A DNA stretch of 64,000 bases from positions 7,072 through 71,071 of the IMG/VR virus record IMGVR_UViG_3300045051_000081, one strand, 5' to 3'. Below are positions 54,706 through 64,000 of this stretch, in pieces. The stretch comes from a virus. The number at the start of each line of letters is the position of its first letter. Position 1 is the stretch's first letter. A program made the position numbers and the translations under genes. The notes beneath the pieces are model-generated. The model was not told the origin of the DNA and made no database searches. It was given only the letters and a program-made list of their open reading frames with translations.

Positions 54706-55524
54706 ATGCTTAACACCTCTACTCTCCGCCCCGGCCTGATGGTGTCGCTCAAGACATCGATACAGGGCAACGTCAACTACCGCACCCTCACGCTAGAGGG
54801 CGACCACATCACCGAGACCGGCGAGCGCAAGGCCCGCTGGGAGACCGAGCGCACCGTGACCGACCCGGTCGAACATGAGGCCGCCATCCGCGCCCGCAGC
54901 TTGGCCCGGAGCAAGATCCAGTGCGTCTGCGCTAACAGCGCCTTTGGCCTGCTGTGCCCCGAGTCCAAGGCTGTCGAGCTTGAGCAGGCTGTGACCGAGG
55001 CCCGCCGGATCGTGGACGCCTTCAACCAGACGGCAGGCCTGACGCGCCTGCGGTTCAACCTGATGACCGGGCGCATCATGCCCGACGACGTGGAGGCCAT
55101 CCGCGCCATCAACAGCGAGATGTCTGACTTGCTGGCCAGCATGGCCGAGGGCTTGTCCCGCCTCGACGTGGCGCAGGTGCGTGACGCGGCCAACAAGGCA
55201 CGGTCGGTCGGCTCCATGCTCACCCCCGAGGCGCAGGAGAAGGTGGCAGCAGCCATCGAGGTGGCGCGCAAGACCGCTCGCCAGATCGTGGCCACGGCTG
55301 ACGAGGGCGTGGGTGAGATCGACCGCGCAGCCATCCGCAAGGTGCTCGATGCGCGCACCGGGTTCCTCGATGTCGAGTTCGAAGAGGGACAGGTACAGGT
55401 CGCGCCCTCCGAGCCCGCAGCAGCGGCAGCCATGGGCCGGTTGATTGACGACTACGGCGCGAACGCCGAGGTCGAAGTCTATCCGGGCATGTCCATCCCC
55501 GTCCGCGTCATCGACCTCGATTGA
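54706..55524 (+). CDS. Helical hypothetical protein following the AAA ATPase
   Basis: Start MLNTSTLRPG after the leader motif. Confidence 0.7.
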   Translation: MLNTSTLRPGLMVSLKTSIQGNVNYRTLTLEGDHITETGERKARWETERTVTDPVEHEAAIRARSLARSKIQCVCANSAFGLLCPESKAVELEQAVTEARRIVDAFNQTAGLTRLRFNLMTGRIMPDDVEAIRAINSEMSDLLASMAEGLSRLDVAQVRDAANKARSVGSMLTPEAQEKVAAAIEVARKTARQIVATADEGVGEIDRAAIRKVLDARTGFLDVEFEEGQVQVAPSEPAAAAAMGRLIDDYGANAEVEVYPGMSIPVRVIDLD

Positions 55525-55537
55525 GCAGGAGACAGCC

Positions 55538-55882
55538 ATGGCATGCGAGACCCGCTTGAAGCCCCAGCAGACCATCAGCCAGCGCGCGGCTGAGATCCGG
55601 TCTGCAGTGCAACGCCTCGTGGCCGCCCTCGTGGCCGGTCGCGTCCAACTGAAGGTCGGGGCCAATGGTGCCCCGGTCTTCACCGGGTGGCAGGAGGAGT
55701 CCCGCGACGGGATCAGCGACCTCTGCGCCTACCGGCAGATCATGCGGACGGGTGACGCCACCTCCCGCATGCTCATCCAGAGGGCCGAGCAGATGTCCGG
55801 TCGCCCCGTGAACAAGGCTGCGGTCGCTGCGGGGCTCCACAGCCACGACGGCGGGACGACGTGGCACTCCCATAAGCACTGA
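55538..55882 (+). CDS. Hypothetical protein
   Basis: AGGAG SD; MACETRLK...HSHDGG.TWH. Confidence 0.65.
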   Translation: MACETRLKPQQTISQRAAEIRSAVQRLVAALVAGRVQLKVGANGAPVFTGWQEESRDGISDLCAYRQIMRTGDATSRMLIQRAEQMSGRPVNKAAVAAGLHSHDGGTTWHSHKH

Positions 55883-55969
55883 GCGATTGCGGCTATGGGC
55901 GGTCTTCTCTGGCCGCCCATGACGGCAACCGCCGACGACCGACCACACCAGCCAACAGGAGTCTGACCA

Positions 55970-56521
55970 ATGCAAACCGCGAAGATCAAAGCAGGCGAGA
56001 CCTACGCCATGGACCGCAGGGGCGACCTCGTTCGCTTCGTGGTGCAGGCTGTCATCACCAGCAAGACCCGGAGTAAGACCGAGAGCAAGATCGAGGGCTA
56101 CATCGAGGAGGACCGCAAAGAGGGCGAGCCGGTCCCCACGCGCACGGTAGACCCGGAGCGGCTGATCGGTCCTTATGCCGAGCAGGCCGAGCTTGTCGAG
56201 CGCAAGCGGCAGGAGGAGGCGGCGCGCACCGCCGCACACAAGGAGAGGCTCCGCGTGGGCGACCTTGACCGGCGCATGCTCTACGCCTTCGTGGGCGTGG
56301 CCGTGCCCAAGGTGAAGCCCGAGGAGTACAGCCAGCCCTTCCGCCTTGGCTACAACGGCAAGGTGGACACCAGCGATGAGGGCTTGAAGCTCATCCTCGC
56401 CAAGGTGCGCGCGCTGCAGGCGGAGACCAGAGGTATGGAGCCGCAGACGACGACGACCGAGCACAGCCCTGAGCTACTCGCTGCAGCTAAGGCGCAGTGG
56501 AAACGTGAAGGCAAGGTGTGA
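55970..56521 (+). CDS. Hypothetical protein
   Basis: AGGAGTCTGAC leader. Confidence 0.7.
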   Translation: MQTAKIKAGETYAMDRRGDLVRFVVQAVITSKTRSKTESKIEGYIEEDRKEGEPVPTRTVDPERLIGPYAEQAELVERKRQEEAARTAAHKERLRVGDLDRRMLYAFVGVAVPKVKPEEYSQPFRLGYNGKVDTSDEGLKLILAKVRALQAETRGMEPQTTTTEHSPELLAAAKAQWKREGKV

Positions 56522-56581
56522 TTGAGCCCGCGCCCATCCTCGTGGTGGGCGCGACCGCAATCATGCAACAGGAGTCTGACC

Positions 56582-56749
56582 ATGTTTAGCGAACGCGAAC
56601 TTTTGATCCTGCAGACGCTGGTCGATATGGCCATTGTGAATCGCCCCGCGTGTTTCTGGGCGCATGTCGAAACGGACCAGCTAGGCCACAAGATACACCG
56701 CGTGCTGCAGGCCACACGCAAGGTCGAGGCCGAGGGGCGGGCACCATGA
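56582..56749 (+). CDS. Small hypothetical protein
   Basis: AGGAGTCTGAC leader before ATG 56582. Confidence 0.55.
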   Translation: MFSERELLILQTLVDMAIVNRPACFWAHVETDQLGHKIHRVLQATRKVEAEGRAP

Positions 56750-56904
56750 CCTCCTCCATCCGCAGGCACACCGACGAGGATTGGAGCCGCAAGCTTCGCA
56801 AGCTTCGTCGCCAGCGCCGCAAGCGCAACCGCATCGACAATGCCGCACCCAAGAGCGTCCGCACCGTGTCTGGTGGGCTGCCCTCGCTGGGGAGGAAACG
56901 GTGA
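56746..56904 (+). CDS. Small basic protein
   Basis: ATGA/GTGA coupling; ends VRTVSGGLPSLGRKR. Confidence 0.5.
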   Translation: MTSSIRRHTDEDWSRKLRKLRRQRRKRNRIDNAAPKSVRTVSGGLPSLGRKR

Positions 56905-58112
56905 AGCCCGCCTCTACCCTCCTCGATGCGCTCTACCGGGAGACGTTCCGACCTACGACGAATCCCGGTTGGCGCTCGAATACCGACATGCGTCACGCCT
57001 TGGAGAGTGCGCGGCGTTTCGTCATCGATGACCGTATGGCCGCGTTCATGGCTGACCTGTCGAACGAGTCCTTCATCCGGGCTGGCGTGGCAGGTGACCC
57101 TGTCCCGCTATGCTCGCGCCTCGCCGATAGCCTGCGGGTGTCAGCGCGCCTGCCGCATGCCAGCATCTGGATTGAGTACCCGCTGCGACCGTACCAGCAT
57201 CGCGCATATGAGGTACGCAAAGGCTACTTCCTGCCGCAGGCCGAGCCTGTGGACAAGGAGATGCCTGCTCGTGAGGGATGGCTGATCCAGCAGCATCCCA
57301 ACATCGACACCGCGCACATCATGCATCTGTTCACCATGGCAGACGAGGTGACCGAGAAGGATGTCCACGGATATACCGCATGGACGTTTCCCTTTACGTT
57401 CGCTTGGATGGCTGACGACAGCCCGCTGCCGTGGCGCACCATCATGCGTGGCCCGCAGGAGCCCGACTACGGCAGGGAGTGGACGCCGCCTGTGGGCGAT
57501 CCCAACAGCGACCTGTCCCGGCGCTTTGGCTACATGTCTGCGGTCGTGGTCGGTATTCCCGGCTATCACCGCGACAACGTGGGGCTCATACGCTCGCCGC
57601 TGATTAACGACCCGCGCCATGTCCACCCGGACTATGACCTCTACTTCCGCTACCTGCTCACGGAGTGGACCGGCGTGCTGCGCCGCGTCTGGGCATTGCT
57701 CGCCACCATCGATCACTTGCCCATGATCAAAGGCGAGGTGCGCTTGACCAAGGGATTCCTCGCACGCGGTCGCATCCGCAAGTACCTCTCGCACCAGACC
57801 ATCACGCTCAATGTTCCGGCCAAGAAAGATACCCGTATATTGGCAAGGCAGATGGTCGCCCTCGCGCACCGCAAGCGCCATGAGGTGCGAGCGCATTGGC
57901 GCGATGACTGGCGCAATCCTCCGAGCAAGCGATGCAACCCGCATCTGTGGGAGCCGGTGGACGAGAACGCTGATCTGATCCGGTGTGATCTGTGCGGTGG
58001 ACGGCAGATGCACATCCACAAGCACGAACGCGGTGACGCTTCTCTCGGTTACGTCACCCACGACTACGCTGTCACGCATCCAACCGAGCAACCCAAGGCA
58101 AGAGGAGTCTGA
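56901..58112 (+). CDS. Phage hypothetical protein with C-terminal HxVRxHWR/HERG motif
   Basis: GGAGG SD before GTG 56901; RKRHEVRAHWR...C..C...HKHERGD. Confidence 0.7.
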   Translation: MKPASTLLDALYRETFRPTTNPGWRSNTDMRHALESARRFVIDDRMAAFMADLSNESFIRAGVAGDPVPLCSRLADSLRVSARLPHASIWIEYPLRPYQHRAYEVRKGYFLPQAEPVDKEMPAREGWLIQQHPNIDTAHIMHLFTMADEVTEKDVHGYTAWTFPFTFAWMADDSPLPWRTIMRGPQEPDYGREWTPPVGDPNSDLSRRFGYMSAVVVGIPGYHRDNVGLIRSPLINDPRHVHPDYDLYFRYLLTEWTGVLRRVWALLATIDHLPMIKGEVRLTKGFLARGRIRKYLSHQTITLNVPAKKDTRILARQMVALAHRKRHEVRAHWRDDWRNPPSKRCNPHLWEPVDENADLIRCDLCGGRQMHIHKHERGDASLGYVTHDYAVTHPTEQPKARGV

Positions 58113-58113
58113 C

Positions 58114-58287
58114 ATGGACAAGAAGCTTGAGGGGACTTGCGACCGCTGTGGTGCTCGCATTCACCTAGTGAAGACCGGCATCAGCACTAATGCTCACAAG
58201 TGGGTGACTGACCCCAAGAAGCCGCTCGCCTCTTGGAAGTGCGAGCCGACCCGTGACTTTCCCGTCCTTTCACACAAGCCTGCATAG
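58114..58287 (+). CDS. Small zinc-ribbon-like protein
   Basis: Leader motif; CDRC...C...H. Confidence 0.55.
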   Translation: MDKKLEGTCDRCGARIHLVKTGISTNAHKWVTDPKKPLASWKCEPTRDFPVLSHKPA

Positions 58288-58296
58288 GAGTCTGAC

Positions 58297-58533
58297 ATGA
58301 AAGACGACACAGAAGACCTGCGCCGCGCCATGATCGAATCTGGCCAGCCCCACCATGATCTGGCACGCGCCGACCAACGCTGGAACACCGACCAACTGCG
58401 CGAGCAGTTCGAGGTGCATGGTTTCCTCGCGCCCTTCATCGTGGTCACCCGCAAGAGCGACGGCGTGAAGGGCTCGATGGAGTTCACGCATAGCCCGAGG
58501 ATGTACTTCAACTTCGTCGCCGATAACGACTGA
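58297..58533 (+). CDS. Hypothetical protein
   Basis: Leader motif; F.APF.VV.RK.DGVKGS.EF.H.PR.YF. Confidence 0.7.
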   Translation: MKDDTEDLRRAMIESGQPHHDLARADQRWNTDQLREQFEVHGFLAPFIVVTRKSDGVKGSMEFTHSPRMYFNFVADND

Positions 58534-58646
58534 TGCGCGAGCATCTCGAAACGCTGGTGGCGGTCGCCATTGTGATTGCGATTGTAATCATGGTGGCGAC
58601 CCTCGCCGGGTGCCAAGTCCCACTACGTTAACAACAGGAGTCTGAC

Positions 58647-58850
58647 ATGGTTACCAAGCTCAACAAGCTACTCAAATGCAGCATCTGCGGGCATGACATC
58701 GAGCCCCACCCGCTGAGCGGATGGGCCGGTGGCAACAATGCACAGCCCATCAATGATGGTCGCTGCTGCGATAGTTGCAACAGCGACATTGTCCTCCCAG
58801 TACGCATGATGCGGCTGATCAAAGGCCGTTACGATGCGGAGGGCGCGTGA
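58647..58850 (+). CDS. Small zinc-binding protein
   Basis: Leader motif; CSICG...GNNAQP...GRCC..CN. Confidence 0.7.
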   Translation: MVTKLNKLLKCSICGHDIEPHPLSGWAGGNNAQPINDGRCCDSCNSDIVLPVRMMRLIKGRYDAEGA

Positions 58851-58851
58851 C

Positions 58852-59322
58852 ATGAAAAAGCTCCCCACCCTACGTGAGTTATTCGAGAACGCCAAGATTA
58901 ACGCCACGCACATCTTCTACCGTGATGGCAACGTCGCTCCCATCTGGCACGCTGTGCCCGAGCATGGCCCGCATATGCTGTGTGTTACGCCATGGGGCGA
59001 CGACGACGAGAAGGACATGGCCATCGCTTTTCTACGGGATAAGTTCAAAGAGGAGAATGTGCAGCGGTTCGTGTTCATTGTGGAGGCGTGGATCGTGAAG
59101 GGCAAGAACGCCCTGAGCGGTCCCCAACCATCCAAGCACCCCGACCGGCGCGAGGTGCTTCGCGTCACCGCCGAGGATCGCAACGGTAGCACCATGTCAG
59201 GGCATTACTATATCTTACGCCCGGAGCATGGCCCTGCCACGCTGTCCGACTTTCACGAAGACCCGGAGGCCTATGCGATGGCTGGCCGCATGACCGGGCT
59301 TCTGGACGAGACGAGGCACTGA
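58852..59322 (+). CDS. Hypothetical protein
   Basis: EAW...PSKHPDRREV motif. Confidence 0.65.
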   Translation: MKKLPTLRELFENAKINATHIFYRDGNVAPIWHAVPEHGPHMLCVTPWGDDDEKDMAIAFLRDKFKEENVQRFVFIVEAWIVKGKNALSGPQPSKHPDRREVLRVTAEDRNGSTMSGHYYILRPEHGPATLSDFHEDPEAYAMAGRMTGLLDETRH

Positions 59323-59488
59323 ACATGATCCACGCCATATTGGTGGCTCTTGCAGTGTTTCTCCCCGGCTTGCTGGTGTTGGTCATCATGGCCAACAGAG
59401 ATGAGAAGCGCAGAAAACTGAAAGAGCGCAACAGAGAGGCTTCATGGCAAGCGGACGAGAATTGGAGAAATAGAAACAGGACACCGAA

Positions 59489-59767
59489 ATGATGAAGCTT
59501 GGACAGGATCGCCACATACCTCCCACAGTTTGTCTAGGCTGTGGGAGCCCCATCGATGGCGCAACAAATGTCGGGGAGAAGGACTCCGCTCCCGACCCCG
59601 ACGACATCATCGTGTGTATCTACTGCGGACACATCCAAGCTTATGACAGGGGCTTGAAGCTCCGGGAGTTAACGCCTGAGGAGCAACTCTACATCGCAGG
59701 TGATCCGCGCATTTTGGCAATTCAACGTGCGCGCGCCATCGCAGAGAAAAGGGAGAAAGAGAAGTGA
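59489..59767 (+). CDS. Zinc-binding hypothetical protein
   Basis: C..CG...D.A...P.PDD...C.YCG. Confidence 0.6.
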   Translation: MMKLGQDRHIPPTVCLGCGSPIDGATNVGEKDSAPDPDDIIVCIYCGHIQAYDRGLKLRELTPEEQLYIAGDPRILAIQRARAIAEKREKEK

Positions 59768-59979
59768 CCAAGAATCAATACGTCCACGCCAAGCGCACGC
59801 TTGGCTGGAGTTACCCCCGGCTCGCCGAGGTTCTCGGCAAGTCACAACGTGAGTGCTACCGCTACGCGAGCGGCGATGTGGATATCCCCGAGACCGTGGG
59901 AAAGCTACTACGCCGTCTGGTGGAGGACAGGCTCACGCTCAGCGAGCGCAAGTTCGAGCAGATAGTCGCACGGCTCTAA
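59764..59979 (+). CDS. XRE-type helix-turn-helix protein
   Basis: LGWSYPRLAEVLGKSQRECYRYASG...IP. Confidence 0.7.
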   Translation: MTKNQYVHAKRTLGWSYPRLAEVLGKSQRECYRYASGDVDIPETVGKLLRRLVEDRLTLSERKFEQIVARL

Positions 59980-60051
59980 CCCCTGAAGGGTTCAACCCTT
60001 GAACGGTTCAACCCTTCAACCCTTCACACCTATGCAAGAAGGAGTCTGACA

Positions 60052-60327
60052 ATGGACATCAACGGATTCACGCCTTCACGCCGCGTCGAACAAATCCCCG
60101 GCGGCTATACGGTATATGTTCGCCCGCCCAAGATTGTGGGCGAGTATCCCGAGGTGAGTGTGACCCTCACCAAGGAGCAGTACGAGCGTTACCTGCAGTG
60201 GCGCGAGGGGCCTCTCATGATCCAAGAGGCCCTCCCTGACCTCTCCCCCAGTCAGCGCGAGATGCTCATGACTGGGTTGGCCGACGAGGACTTCGCCAAG
60301 ATGGCGCAGGACTGGGACGAGGAATGA
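60052..60327 (+). CDS. Hypothetical protein
   Basis: Leader motif; W..G..IQEALP.LS..QRE.LMTG. Confidence 0.7.
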   Translation: MDINGFTPSRRVEQIPGGYTVYVRPPKIVGEYPEVSVTLTKEQYERYLQWREGPLMIQEALPDLSPSQREMLMTGLADEDFAKMAQDWDEE

Positions 60328-60328
60328 C

Positions 60329-60838
60329 ATGCTGCACACGCCCATCTACGACGTGCGCGGCATGCCCTACTGTGGGCCGACCGCCATCGCCGCTGTGACC
60401 GGGGAGCCCATTTCCATCATACGGGATGTGATCCGGGCACAGAAGGGAACCAAGCGCAATGGCCACGCTATGCCGGTCATGGGCATCACCAACACGATGA
60501 TGCTCAAGACCATGGCAACCTTCGGGTGGCGGGTGGTCAAGACTGACGGCACGGCTCTGCAAGCTCGCCGCCGGATCATCCGGCACCGTGACGAAGACGA
60601 TGACGTGATAACCCCGGTGCATGACCCGGTCTTCCGACTGGATGACTTCCTTGAAGGGGTCCAGATGGGAAGACACCACGGCCCGCATATCGTTCACGTC
60701 ACCGGCCACTACTACGCTGTAGACGATGACGAGATCTGCGATACCTACACGAAGATCCCCATGGATATCCACCGCTTCAAACGCGGGCGGATGCGATGGG
60801 TGAAGAACTGGTGGAAGTTCGAGAAGCTCGACAACTAA
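60329..60838 (+). CDS. Hypothetical protein, possible papain-like/C39 fold
   Basis: YCGPTAIAAVTG followed by VTGHYYAV; a Cys/His dyad is inferred. Confidence 0.5.
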   Translation: MLHTPIYDVRGMPYCGPTAIAAVTGEPISIIRDVIRAQKGTKRNGHAMPVMGITNTMMLKTMATFGWRVVKTDGTALQARRRIIRHRDEDDDVITPVHDPVFRLDDFLEGVQMGRHHGPHIVHVTGHYYAVDDDEICDTYTKIPMDIHRFKRGRMRWVKNWWKFEKLDN

Positions 60839-60842
60839 GACA

Positions 60843-60878
60843 AAGCCCCGGAGGGTGTCGGGCCTTCCGGGGCTCTTC
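60843..60878. terminator. Hairpin terminator between the convergent early and replication modules
   Basis: AGCCCCGGAGGG-loop-CCTTCCGGGGCT followed by CTT. Confidence 0.65.
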
Positions 60879-61183
60879 TACGTCTGCCTCGCAGGGCTGG
60901 GGGGCAATCCGTTGGGGACAGACGAAGCCTTCCTATTAGTCGTCCTCCTGACCGCGCGGTTCAACGCTATCACACAATCCCAGCACGCGCAGCCCTTGGG
61001 GTGTTTCTTTCCGGCAATCGCGGCTATCTCTGATAGTTCGAACCCATGACCTCGCAAGAGGTTCCTCGTCTCCAGCCACAACGGCCCCCGCAGCAGGCTC
61101 TTCGCCACCCGCACGTCCATGCCCTCTGGGCCGTGTACGTATAGCCGCAACGCCAGACGCTCAAACGTTGGACTCGTTGGCAT
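60878..61183 (-). CDS. Hypothetical protein
   Basis: MPTSPTFERL...H..GC.C.DC. Confidence 0.45.
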   Translation of the reverse strand: MPTSPTFERLALRLYVHGPEGMDVRVAKSLLRGPLWLETRNLLRGHGFELSEIAAIAGKKHPKGCACWDCVIALNRAVRRTTNRKASSVPNGLPPSPARQT

Positions 61184-62681
61184 CGGGATTGTTCCTAGGA
61201 TTCTTCTTGCTCTTCGCCCACTGGATCTGCGTGAACCTGATCCACTGGGACACCTCCGGGCCGGGAGCCATTGCGGGCACACTCTTCATTGCCCACGACG
61301 GCTCGACGTTGAACTTCTCCCGGTACTTGTAGAACGCCCATCCGGGCTGGTAGCCCTTGCTCAGGGCATAGCCCTTGAGTTGAGCGTAGAACCGCTCCTT
61401 CTCCACCTGAGAATACGTGTAGGCCTTCCGGTCGCCCTTCTTGCGGAAGCTTCCATCGAACTGGACGAGAACGCCATCGCGCTCCATGATCGGTGAGAGG
61501 GGGGCCACCCGCTCGAACCCGCACGCGGGGCACACCTTCACACCGACCGGGATCAGACACGCGCACTTCGGACACGGCTTGGGCAAGGCAGGCTTGCGTA
61601 TGACCTTGGCTGCTGTGTCGAAGCGTCCACCATTGAGATGATCGTGGTGGATGTCGCTCGCGAAGCCCAAGCGCATCGTCGTATCGGTATGATCCAGTAT
61701 AATTGCTTGGTCTTTCCCTTCGGCGGTGCGCAAGGCCCTTCCGATTATCTGTACGAAGAGCATCTCCGACTTGGTCGGTCTGGCAAGGATCAGGCACCGC
61801 ACGTCCCAGTCTACGCCTGTGGTGAGGGTCGCGACGTTGCAGACCACTTGGTACTCGCCCGCGTGGAACTTGCGCTTGATCTCCCGGCGCTCAGCTATGG
61901 GTGTGCGAGCATCTTGGTAGGCGCAGGATATCCCGGCCTCTAGGAACCGCGCCTGCAACATCTGAGCGTGCGCGCAATCGACCCCAAAACAAAACGTCTT
62001 CCCCTTGCCCCACTTCTCGCTGTACGTCTTGATGATGTTCGCGACGAGGACGTTATCCTGCATCACGTTTGAGAGTTGCCCCTCGTGATAGTCACCTGCG
62101 ACGGTTTTGACGCCTGACAGGTCCGGGTGATCACTCGCGAACACCGTGAACGGGGACAAGTACCCTTGGGCGATAAGTTCTTTCGTCGTGCTCATCACAA
62201 GCAACGTATCGAAGTATTTGCCCAGTCCTCTCGTCCAAGGTGTAGCGGAAAGGCCAATAAACGGGATCTGTGACCAGTCCTCGTGCTTCAGCCATGCGAT
62301 GTGCTCCTTGTGCAGTTGATGGCACTCATCGATGAGCACCACACTTGCTTTGGGGTAAGCCCCTCGCGCGCGTATCGTCTGAATGCTCGCGATCTGGACC
62401 GGCTTGCTCCAATCCGTCAGAGGATGATCGGCCTGTATCACGCCGATATCCCGTATACCCTCGTCAGCGAACATCTCGACGGTCTGGTCGATGAGACCAA
62501 TCGCGGGGACGACGAACACCAGCGGGTTGCCCTTCAGTTGCGCTCCCACGACGATCTCGGCGGCTAGGCGCGTCTTCCCGGAGCCGGTGGGGGCTTGGAC
62601 GACGATCCGCCTAACACCCTGACGCACGGTCGCCCGGAGGTCTTGGAAGGCGTCTTCCTGATAGGGGCGGAGGATCTTCAT
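61161..62681 (-). CDS. SF2 DEAD/DEAH-box helicase with zinc finger (RadD/YejH-like)
   Basis: LRPYQ, APTGSGKT, DECH, GLSATP, LTTGVD, QIIGRALR and CPKC...CPACG. Confidence 0.92.
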   Translation of the reverse strand: MKILRPYQEDAFQDLRATVRQGVRRIVVQAPTGSGKTRLAAEIVVGAQLKGNPLVFVVPAIGLIDQTVEMFADEGIRDIGVIQADHPLTDWSKPVQIASIQTIRARGAYPKASVVLIDECHQLHKEHIAWLKHEDWSQIPFIGLSATPWTRGLGKYFDTLLVMSTTKELIAQGYLSPFTVFASDHPDLSGVKTVAGDYHEGQLSNVMQDNVLVANIIKTYSEKWGKGKTFCFGVDCAHAQMLQARFLEAGISCAYQDARTPIAERREIKRKFHAGEYQVVCNVATLTTGVDWDVRCLILARPTKSEMLFVQIIGRALRTAEGKDQAIILDHTDTTMRLGFASDIHHDHLNGGRFDTAAKVIRKPALPKPCPKCACLIPVGVKVCPACGFERVAPLSPIMERDGVLVQFDGSFRKKGDRKAYTYSQVEKERFYAQLKGYALSKGYQPGWAFYKYREKFNVEPSWAMKSVPAMAPGPEVSQWIRFTQIQWAKSKKNPRNNPDANESNV

Positions 62682-62854
62682 TGCTTCACCCATGACCAGC
62701 CCGCGCTGTTCAGCGCCCGGATGATGGTATCGGCGTTGCGGTCACCAACTAGGAAAGGGTCTTCCCGACCCCGCTCGTCGTAGGGATCGGTAAACACGAC
62801 GACGGTTCCAGAGACAATGCGCCGGACTTCGGCGAGCGCCTCGTCCTCAGTCAT
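62678..62854 (-). CDS. Small hypothetical protein
   Basis: Coupled to the helicase start. Confidence 0.45.
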   Translation of the reverse strand: MTEDEALAEVRRIVSGTVVVFTDPYDERGREDPFLVGDRNADTIIRALNSAGWSWVKQ

Positions 62855-62914
62855 GGCGCACACAAGGCAACGCCCGCCCCGGAGTCTGACCCAGAGGACG
62901 GGCGCGCTTTTGTT

Positions 62915-63115
62915 TCATACCTTCGATGCCGCAAGGATAGCATCACGCGCCTCCCGTTTCCACTCTTCTCGTTCCAGATTCTCGTAGAACTTGGCAAGGC
63001 AGCTACCGTGTACTGGCACGCCACCATCCGGTGCGCCATCGTAAGTCGCACGCTGGAAGTACCCATGGGACTTGCCACACACCGCACACTTGCCGATGTA
63101 CTGCTTGCCCTTCAT
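62915..63115 (-). CDS. Small zinc-binding protein
   Basis: CAVCG...VH.SC. Confidence 0.5.
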   Translation of the reverse strand: MKGKQYIGKCAVCGKSHGYFQRATYDGAPDGGVPVHGSCLAKFYENLEREEWKREARDAILAASKV

Positions 63116-63552
63116 GGATGCCTCACAATCCTGAACTCCTCCCACTCAAACGCCGCACCCGGCTCAGTGTCATAGGGGTCGCCACGGTCGTGGCGGCCAA
63201 AGGACATGCCTCCCCGATATGGCCTCTGGAAGTTGAGAGAGGCCACAGTGCCGCATTTGAACCCCACCACGAGAAACACCGGAACGCGGAAGATCTCAGT
63301 GACCGTGCGCGCATCCAGTACCTTCCGCTCACCAATGCGGTAGTCGGGATAAGCACGATAGACGTAGGTGCGCTGCTTGTTCTCGGAGAAGGCCATGATG
63401 GCCCCATCACGTATATAAGCGCCATCAAGATGAGGCTTCCCGTCCCTGCCTTGGATGCGAACGAACTCAGCCTTAAGGAAACTCCCGAGGATTCTTCCAA
63501 GTCTGACCTCAGCTTTCTGGTCAGATTCCTTCTCATACAACGGGCGCGGCAC
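63112..63552 (-). CDS. Putative PD-(D/E)xK-type nuclease
   Basis: GTG start; RPLYE...LDGA...FSENKQR...YP.Y, read as D...ExK (inference). Confidence 0.5.
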   Translation of the reverse strand: MPRPLYEKESDQKAEVRLGRILGSFLKAEFVRIQGRDGKPHLDGAYIRDGAIMAFSENKQRTYVYRAYPDYRIGERKVLDARTVTEIFRVPVFLVVGFKCGTVASLNFQRPYRGGMSFGRHDRGDPYDTEPGAAFEWEEFRIVRHP

Positions 63553-64000
63553 CGCCTGTCTCCCACGAGAGACGATGGATGGTGGTCGGTAGCCCGATAT
63601 ACGACCTATCCCAGACGTACCATGCAAACGCCATTCCCGAGTTAGCCTTGCGTCCCTCCCAGCCATCCCGGTGCATCATGGGGAGCCTCTTGCGGAAGCA
63701 GTAGATCCTCGCCAACCCACAGTTCTCCAATATGTGCGAGCGCCGGTCGCTCTCATAGAACGCAAACCGCAGGAGCATGATCACACGCGGACAAAGAAAC
63801 AGTGCATGCTCTACGAATTGCTCTGCAAGCTTGAACGGTGGATTAGTTACAATCGCTTCTACATCGATGCGCGACTGACGTTCCATCAGGAAATCAATCC
63901 TGCTCTCAGAGTTGGGACAGCCATAGTTATTAAGATCAGTGGCCCACACCGTGTGCCCATGCGTTCGTAATACGTTCGTGATTCGCCCCCGGCCACACGC
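63533..64000 (-). CDS. SAM-dependent amino (N6-adenine-type) DNA methyltransferase, 5' end outside the window
   Basis: The frame is open to the window edge: ACGRG motif I, IVTNPPF motif IV and AFAWYVW. Confidence 0.8.
   Translation of the reverse strand, partial: ACGRGRITNVLRTHGHTVWATDLNNYGCPNSESRIDFLMERQSRIDVEAIVTNPPFKLAEQFVEHALFLCPRVIMLLRFAFYESDRRSHILENCGLARIYCFRKRLPMMHRDGWEGRKANSGMAFAWYVWDRSYIGLPTTIHRLSWETGGAAPVV

Noticed and set aside
52124-58160. Long minus-strand ORFs opposite the early genes (e.g. 55508-56464, 57141-58160)
   Set aside because: Antisense shadows; the plus-strand genes carry the leader motif and recognisable domains.
1-64000. tRNA, rRNA, integrase, DNA or RNA polymerase genes
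   Set aside because: None recognised by eye. They may lie outside the window; tRNAscan was not run.

Overview
The window is most of a GC-rich tailed-phage genome, probably a P22-like podovirus; an alphaproteobacterial or soil host is inferred from gene content only. Positions 1-43280 (minus strand) hold the late module: terL, portal, GroES-like protein, scaffold, major capsid, tail tube/adaptor and fibre proteins, three very large internal/ejection proteins and a lysis cassette. Positions 51862-60838 (plus strand) hold an early module with a Ycf46-like AAA ATPase and many small genes, most preceded by the leader AGGAGTCTGAC. Positions 60878-64000 (minus strand) hold a helicase, a nuclease-like gene and a methyltransferase. 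The main finding lies between terS and terL: an operon of a small RHH protein, a nuclease-less Nop/IS110-like protein and a 44-unit array with a 36-nt period, two alternating 9-nt repeats and unique spacers of about 9 nt (43307-44895). This is the architecture of a TIGR-Tas (TasA-type) RNA-guided system. Also notable are two small genes carrying major-capsid-like segments, an HhH-glycosylase-like domain in an ejection protein, a shared xxGGx[VI] motif in five virion proteins, and a probable ATT start codon. All family assignments come from motifs read by eye; no searches were run.
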